A stretch of DNA of 64,000 nt. It comes from an uncultured Gammaproteobacteria bacterium. Lineage in GTDB: Bacteria > Patescibacteriota > Microgenomatia > UBA12405. The stretch covers positions 32,491 through 96,490 of the forward strand of contig CAYPBP010000002.1 of the NCBI GenBank assembly GCA_964408995.1, in the 5' to 3' direction. The notes beneath the pieces were generated by a model. It ran no database searches. It was not told the DNA's origin and saw only the letters and a list, made by a program, of their open reading frames with translations. Positions 58,957 through 64,000 of the stretch are shown in pieces (the first letter of the stretch is position 1; every line of letters starts with the position of its first letter). Both the position numbers and the translations under genes were made by a program.

Positions 58957-59684
58957 ATTTTTTTAATATATTTTTTACCAGTCAATGCTTTTGATAAGGC
59001 TTCGCGGTAAGCAATCTTTGGAAGAGTATCTTTATTAGCTTCCAAATACTCTAAGACTTCTTTTTTGTGAAATTTAACTAAAGATCGAAGTAACCAAGAA
59101 ACCGCTTTGGTAATTAAAATTTCTTTTTCTAATTTTAATTTTTCAATATTAGTAAAAGCTAATTTTGATAATTTAAAATCGTCTGATTGGCTAAGAGATT
59201 TGGTTAATAAAACTAAGGAAGCTCGACGCTTATTAATATTTTTATCAACTACAAATTTATTAATAATTTTTTTCCACTCTGACCAATTAGATAATAAGAT
59301 ATCACTGGTAAAATTTGATTGACACAGGACATCATTTTCAGCCCAACCACAGGTATAGTTTAACCAAGTGTCTAAATGTTGTGGATCAAATTTGTATTTT
59401 AATTTGAGATATTGATTAACTAGATTGGCAGCTATAGCAATTTCAGTGTAAGTGGTGCCAAACTTATAAAGTGAATTGATTAAATCAATTAATTGATCTT
59501 GATTTAAATTATTTTCTTTGACTAAATTTTTGGCCAAATCTTTTATCTCAATTGTTGAAAAATCATGATAAATTTTATTAGTCCCTAAATATCTTTTGAC
59601 CCAATCTTTCTCTGCCTCACTTGATTTTGACTTATGAGCAGCAAGAATTTTAAGAAGATTTAAATGAATTGGATTGGTAACCAT
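58953..59684 (-). CDS. DNA alkylation repair protein (AlkD-like HEAT repeat)
   Basis: WAENDVLC, INKRRA, KAVSWLLR. Confidence 0.82.
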   Translation of the reverse strand: MVTNPIHLNLLKILAAHKSKSSEAEKDWVKRYLGTNKIYHDFSTIEIKDLAKNLVKENNLNQDQLIDLINSLYKFGTTYTEIAIAANLVNQYLKLKYKFDPQHLDTWLNYTCGWAENDVLCQSNFTSDILLSNWSEWKKIINKFVVDKNINKRRASLVLLTKSLSQSDDFKLSKLAFTNIEKLKLEKEILITKAVSWLLRSLVKFHKKEVLEYLEANKDTLPKIAYREALSKALTGKKYIKKI

Positions 59685-59691
59685 TATTAAA

Positions 59692-60414
59692 TTACTTTAA
59701 TAAAGACGCCGCTTCTTGATCCAAAACTACAACTACATCTGGATGATTTTGAAGTATTGAAGCAGGAACATCTTGGGTAACTGGACCTTGGAGAGCCTTG
59801 GCCACAATTTCAGCTTTTCTGGACTTGTTGGCCAAAAAGAAAAGAGTTCTACCTTCAAAAATATCAGCCATGCCCATAGTGAAAGCGTAATGATTTTCAA
59901 CAATTTCTGGATAGTCAACTTTATTAGCTTCGATAGTGCTAGGAATAAGATCGACTTGGCCCATACGACCATCAAAATTACTATAAAGTGGTGGCTCATT
60001 GAAGCCTAAATGACCATCCATACCAATGCCTAACATGACAATATCAGCACCACCAGTGCTTTTAAGTTTGCCCATATAAGCAGCTAAATCTGGATTAGCA
60101 CCATTAACATAATTGATATTAGTTTCTGGAATTGGAACTTTGGAAAATAAATTTTTGTTTAGAAAATAAGCAAAAGAAGCTGGATGATCAGTTTTTAAGC
60201 CCTTATATTCATCTAGATGAAAAGCTCTAACTCGAGACCAATCAATTCCCTGTTCTTTTGATAAGCAATCTAAGAATTCAATCATAGTTGAGCCGGTAGC
60301 CAAAACTATGTTGACAGTTTTGGATAAATCTTTTTGAAGCTCGATAATTTTTTGAGCTACAAGAGAAGCTGATTTTGAAGCAAAATCATCAGAATTAGTT
60401 ATATTGATGTTCAT
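59692..60414 (-). CDS. nagB: Glucosamine-6-phosphate deaminase
   Basis: LATGST, FHLDEY, GIGMDGHLGFNEP, PASILQNH; start set at MNINIT. Confidence 0.9.
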   Translation of the reverse strand: MNINITNSDDFASKSASLVAQKIIELQKDLSKTVNIVLATGSTMIEFLDCLSKEQGIDWSRVRAFHLDEYKGLKTDHPASFAYFLNKNLFSKVPIPETNINYVNGANPDLAAYMGKLKSTGGADIVMLGIGMDGHLGFNEPPLYSNFDGRMGQVDLIPSTIEANKVDYPEIVENHYAFTMGMADIFEGRTLFFLANKSRKAEIVAKALQGPVTQDVPASILQNHPDVVVVLDQEAASLLK

Positions 60415-60456
60415 AATAAGCAAGATTAACACAACAAATAAATAAATGAAATCTTT

Positions 60457-60603
60457 TTAATAATTAATGGTTAATAATAAAGTTGGAATAAGACAAAAAT
60501 AAATTTTTCTTTTATTGGTATCAACAAAAAATCCAATCCAAAGATCATACCAAGCAAAAGAAAACTTAAAACGATTATTTTTAAAAAAAATTATTTCTTT
60601 CAT
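60457..60603 (-). CDS. 48-aa hypothetical protein coupled to rarA (below ORF-track cutoff)
   Basis: MKEIIFFKNNRFKFSFAWYDLWIGFFVDTNKRKIYFCLIPTLLLTINY; ATGA overlap with the rarA stop. Confidence 0.6.
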   Translation of the reverse strand: MKEIIFFKNNRFKFSFAWYDLWIGFFVDTNKRKIYFCLIPTLLLTINY

Positions 60604-61802
60604 TTTTTCTTCTCTTTTAAATATTTTTTATCTTTTAGTTTTTCAGGCAAAAGGCTTTCTTTTGTGTACATTTCATAGTCTTTGCCATAATCTAATTCTT
60701 TCATTAACTTAGTTTCGGCGTTGCGGAGATTAAGCGGTATTGGTAGATTACCAAACTGCTGAACATCGGCAAGAGCGGCTAAATAAGCATCATAAGCAGA
60801 ACGATCTTTAGGACTTTTGGCTAGATAAACAACTCCATGAGCTAGGTTTTCTCGACACTCTGGATAGCCAATTGTTTCAACAGCTCTGAAAACTTCATTG
60901 GCCATCATTAAAGCTGAAGAATTGGCAATACCAATATCTTCACTGGCAAAAATAACCATACGACGGGCAATAAATTTTGGGTCTTCGCCAGCATCAATCA
61001 TTCTGGCTAAATAATAAAGAGCAGCATCTGGATTACTGGCTCGCATAGATTTTATAAAAGCAGAAATGGTATTGAAGTGATCCTCCCCTTTTTTATCGAA
61101 ACGTAAAAAACTATTTTGAAGAGTTGATTTTAAGTTTTCTTTAGAAAGATCGTTATATAAAGTGAAAGCATTATCAATCATGGTTAGAGCCTGACGAGCA
61201 TCACCATTGGCCATTTGAATTAGCCATTCTTTGGCATCTTTTTTGATAGTTAATTTTTTATTCAATCTCCCTAAATCCCTCTTTGACAAGAGGGACTTAT
61301 TAATGACATCAATTGCTCTAGTGATTATTTTGTCAATATCTTCATCTGACAATTCTTTGAGGGTGAAAACTCGACAACGAGATAAGAGTGGAGAAATAAC
61401 TTCAAAACTGGGATTTTCGGTGGTGGCACCGATTAAAGTTAGAAGACCGGATTCTACATAGGGTAGCAAAAAATCTTGTTGAGCTTTATTAAAACGATGA
61501 ATTTCGTCTAAAAAAAGAATTACTCTTTGAATAGGTCTGGCTTGAGCAATAATTTTTTTAATATCGTCTTTGCTAGCAGAAACAGCTGATAATTCAAAAA
61601 TCTGGGCATCTGTTTCTTTGGCAATAATTTTGGCTAAAGTGGTTTTACCAACCCCTGGAGGACCCCAAAAAATCATAGAAAAGAATTGTTTGGATTCGAT
61701 TAATTTCCTTAAAGGTTTTCCCTCCCCAACTAAATGAGATTGACCAATAAATTCATCAAGGTTTTTAGGACGTAGAAGAGAGGCTAGCGGTTGAGTAAGC
61801 AT
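60600..61802 (-). CDS. rarA: Replication-associated recombination protein A (RarA/MgsA)
   Basis: PLASLLRP, WGPPGVGKT, DEIHRFNKAQQD, GATTENPSF, SEDIG. Confidence 0.95.
   Translation of the reverse strand: MLTQPLASLLRPKNLDEFIGQSHLVGEGKPLRKLIESKQFFSMIFWGPPGVGKTTLAKIIAKETDAQIFELSAVSASKDDIKKIIAQARPIQRVILFLDEIHRFNKAQQDFLLPYVESGLLTLIGATTENPSFEVISPLLSRCRVFTLKELSDEDIDKIITRAIDVINKSLLSKRDLGRLNKKLTIKKDAKEWLIQMANGDARQALTMIDNAFTLYNDLSKENLKSTLQNSFLRFDKKGEDHFNTISAFIKSMRASNPDAALYYLARMIDAGEDPKFIARRMVIFASEDIGIANSSALMMANEVFRAVETIGYPECRENLAHGVVYLAKSPKDRSAYDAYLAALADVQQFGNLPIPLNLRNAETKLMKELDYGKDYEMYTKESLLPEKLKDKKYLKEKKK
61263..61296 (+). repeat. Family A mini-element in frame within rarA
   Basis: caatctccctaaatccctctttgacaagagggac (antisense encodes SLLSKRDLGRL). 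Confidence 0.75.
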
Positions 61803-61866
61803 GTTTTGGGTTTTATTTGGGTAATAACCCATTTTAACATACTAAAAATAATTTTTAGTTATTATC

Positions 61867-62787
61867 TTAATTACTAGTAAGTTTATTTTGTTTTATTCTT
61901 CTGATATATAAGATAACTAAAATTATTGGGATTATTATTGGTATATACACAACCGCCCAAATAATTAGAGAAGCAATTCCCCTAAACATTCCAACCAGAG
62001 ATCTAACTGCTTCTTTGAAAACTACTGTTGGTCGCCATTCATTGGTTGGAGCATAAGGAAGAGATAACTCATCGGTTGATAAATAAATTGTAATTTTGCT
62101 TAACTTAGCTGATTGTTCATAATATTTTTGTTGACCTTTTAAATTGTCAATTTGTGATTGTAAATTTATCAACTCTTGTTGAACATTCATCAGATCATTT
62201 ACTTTTTCTGCTTTTTGGAGAATATCTTCATATTTTGTTTTTGTTTTATTTAAAACCTCGATACGAGCATCTATATCCATATATTGATCAGTAACATCAT
62301 TACCACTAACTGATTCAGAAACAACTTTTACAGCCATATTTTTAAAAGCATTCATGGCTTCTTTTCTTTTATCTTCTGGTATACGAACTGAAATACTACC
62401 ATTAGCAGCACCCTCAGGTTTTGTTAAATTTAAATTTATTAAAAAACCTCCAAAACTTTTGGTTGTTTCTTCTATCTCATTTATTGTTTTACTAACATCT
62501 TTTACTTGAAGTGATAGACCTGTATCCTGGATAACTAATCTATCTGTACTTTCTGATGGAGCAATATTATTTCTTAAAGAACTAAGGCCTGATTTAGCGG
62601 AACCAAAACTGACTGTATTAGCTGTAGGTGCATAAGCCATATCAGTCATTACAGAACTATTTTTGGTGTTATTTATTGATAGATTCTTTGCAAAGAAAGT
62701 ATTTTTTAGCCAAAGAGTAACTATAACTAATAGAATAATTACAGCCCAATTTTTTTTAAGAAAGTTAATCATAAAATAGTCTAACAT
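61867..62787 (-). CDS. DUF4349-domain membrane protein
   Basis: N-terminal TM, ISVRIP, DVTDQYMD coiled coil, C-terminal TM. Confidence 0.8.
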   Translation of the reverse strand: MLDYFMINFLKKNWAVIILLVIVTLWLKNTFFAKNLSINNTKNSSVMTDMAYAPTANTVSFGSAKSGLSSLRNNIAPSESTDRLVIQDTGLSLQVKDVSKTINEIEETTKSFGGFLINLNLTKPEGAANGSISVRIPEDKRKEAMNAFKNMAVKVVSESVSGNDVTDQYMDIDARIEVLNKTKTKYEDILQKAEKVNDLMNVQQELINLQSQIDNLKGQQKYYEQSAKLSKITIYLSTDELSLPYAPTNEWRPTVVFKEAVRSLVGMFRGIASLIIWAVVYIPIIIPIILVILYIRRIKQNKLTSN

Positions 62788-62797
62788 AACTAATAAA

Positions 62798-63469
62798 CTA
62801 GAGATATTTGATAGTCAAATCAGAGATTATAGTGTTGGAATCTAGGGATAAAATAAAATCTATAGCCTTAACAACTTGATGAGGCTCCATGGCTTTTGAT
62901 AAATCACAGTTAGTACCATCGGTAAATTTAGTTTTCATAACCCCTGGATGAATATCAACAACTTTAATACCAAAAGAGGCTAACTCTGGTTGAACAGATT
63001 CGGAAAAACCTTTTAATCCCCACTTTGATGCATGGTAAACCGAATTAAAAGCTTTTGGACGAAGTCCGGCAGTTGAATTAATATTAATAATAGTACCTGA
63101 TTTTTGTTTCTTTAAAAAAGGAACCAGAGCTTGAGTGGTAAAAACTGGACCAATAGTATTAATTTCAAAAACTTTTTTAATTATTTCTGGATTGTTTAAT
63201 TCGATTTCGCCATCAATATAAAGACCAGCACTATTTATAAAGCAATTAATTTGACGATATTTTTTGATAATTTTTTTGATAACACTAGAGACTGATGAAT
63301 AATTGGAAACATCGCAAAGATAATAATTACATTCAAGCCTTTGGGAAACTTTTTTCATAACTTCTTCATCTATGTCTAGAATAACAACTTGATAGTGATT
63401 GGAAAAATAAGCAGCTAGCTCTCGACCAAGACCATTGGCACCACCAGTAATACAAATAACTTGTTTCAT
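62798..63469 (-). CDS. Short-chain dehydrogenase/reductase
   Basis: ITGGANGLG, NSAG, YHASK. Confidence 0.9.
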   Translation of the reverse strand: MKQVICITGGANGLGRELAAYFSNHYQVVILDIDEEVMKKVSQRLECNYYLCDVSNYSSVSSVIKKIIKKYRQINCFINSAGLYIDGEIELNNPEIIKKVFEINTIGPVFTTQALVPFLKKQKSGTIININSTAGLRPKAFNSVYHASKWGLKGFSESVQPELASFGIKVVDIHPGVMKTKFTDGTNCDLSKAMEPHQVVKAIDFILSLDSNTIISDLTIKYL

Positions 63470-63524
63470 TATTTAAGTTTACAATAAAAATTAATAAAAT
63501 AGTTTGGTTTATAATTAAACTTAG

Positions 63525-64000
63525 ATGAAAATACTATTTATTTTGATAACAACTTTAGCATTAAGATTAATTGGAATTAATCAATCATTATGGTTAGATG
63601 AAGCAATTTCGGCTAATGTGGCTAAGATGCCAATGTTAGAAATTGTTAAAAATTTTTCTATAAATGATTTTCATCCCCCACTTTATTATCTATTTTTAAA
63701 TTTTTGGACAAAAATTTTTGGAAGTAATGTGGTTCTTTTAAGATTAAGTTCGGTTTTATTTTCTTTAATTACAATTTATTTTGTTTATTTAATTGGTGTT
63801 CAAATTAAAAACAAGAAAATAGGAATATTAGCAGCTTTATTTTTGGCAATTAATCCTTTGTTCGTTTATTTTTCACAAGAACTAAGAATGTATGCCATGG
63901 CGACAATGTGGTTGACCATTGGATTTTATTTTTTTGTAAAGATCAAAGAGAAAAAAAATAAAATATCTGATTTGATTATTTTTAATTTAATGATGGCTTT
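63525..64000 (+). CDS. GT-C (PMT_2/GT39-like) glycosyltransferase, partial (runs off the window end)
   Basis: Manual translation MKILFILITTLALRLIGINQSLWLDEA...DFHPPLYY...YFSQELRMYA. Confidence 0.85.
   Translation, partial: MKILFILITTLALRLIGINQSLWLDEAISANVAKMPMLEIVKNFSINDFHPPLYYLFLNFWTKIFGSNVVLLRLSSVLFSLITIYFVYLIGVQIKNKKIGILAALFLAINPLFVYFSQELRMYAMATMWLTIGFYFFVKIKEKKNKISDLIIFNLMMA

Noticed and set aside
964-61461. Remaining 60-115 aa ORFs overlapping larger genes
   Set aside because: Antisense or out-of-frame shadows of well-supported genes with no independent signals
1-64000. Alternative genetic code (UGA=Gly) and tRNA/rRNA genes
   Set aside because: Long conserved ORFs are intact under code 11 and several end in TGA; no tRNA cloverleaf or rRNA-like tract was seen by eye

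Overview
Low-GC bacterial chromosome segment (genetic code 11; TGA is used as stop), strongly biased to the minus strand. Gene content and style point to a Patescibacteria/CPR genome, probably Microgenomates-like (inference): short IF2, Zn-finger-less DnaJ, Lon without a protease domain, PilN/PilO-like genes, many GT-C proteins. Housekeeping genes include ftsK (partial), proS, rnj, udg, pnp, rpsO, infB, nusA, hrcA-grpE-dnaK-dnaJ, rmuC, dut, gatCAB, guaA, pcrA, murJ, rpsT, metG, tatD, folD, map, an OFOR alpha/beta pair, a DEAD helicase, nagB and rarA. I saw no rRNA, tRNA or CRISPR array. Most interesting signals: (1) a UbiA phosphoribosyltransferase + PAP2 + three GT-C/DUF2298 + methyltransferase locus next to pilus and surface proteins, a candidate lipid-linked pentose glycosylation system; (2) a REP-associated HUH transposase gene inside a 51-bp duplication of the rnj 3' end that differs only at synonymous sites; (3) ten dispersed palindromic mini-elements all in one orientation, several inside housekeeping ORFs; (4) an NYN nuclease gene facing a promoter-plus-two-hairpin small RNA; (5) pervasive leaderless promoters; (6) a metazoan-type GMP synthase. 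All calls come from reading the sequence by eye; no searches were run.
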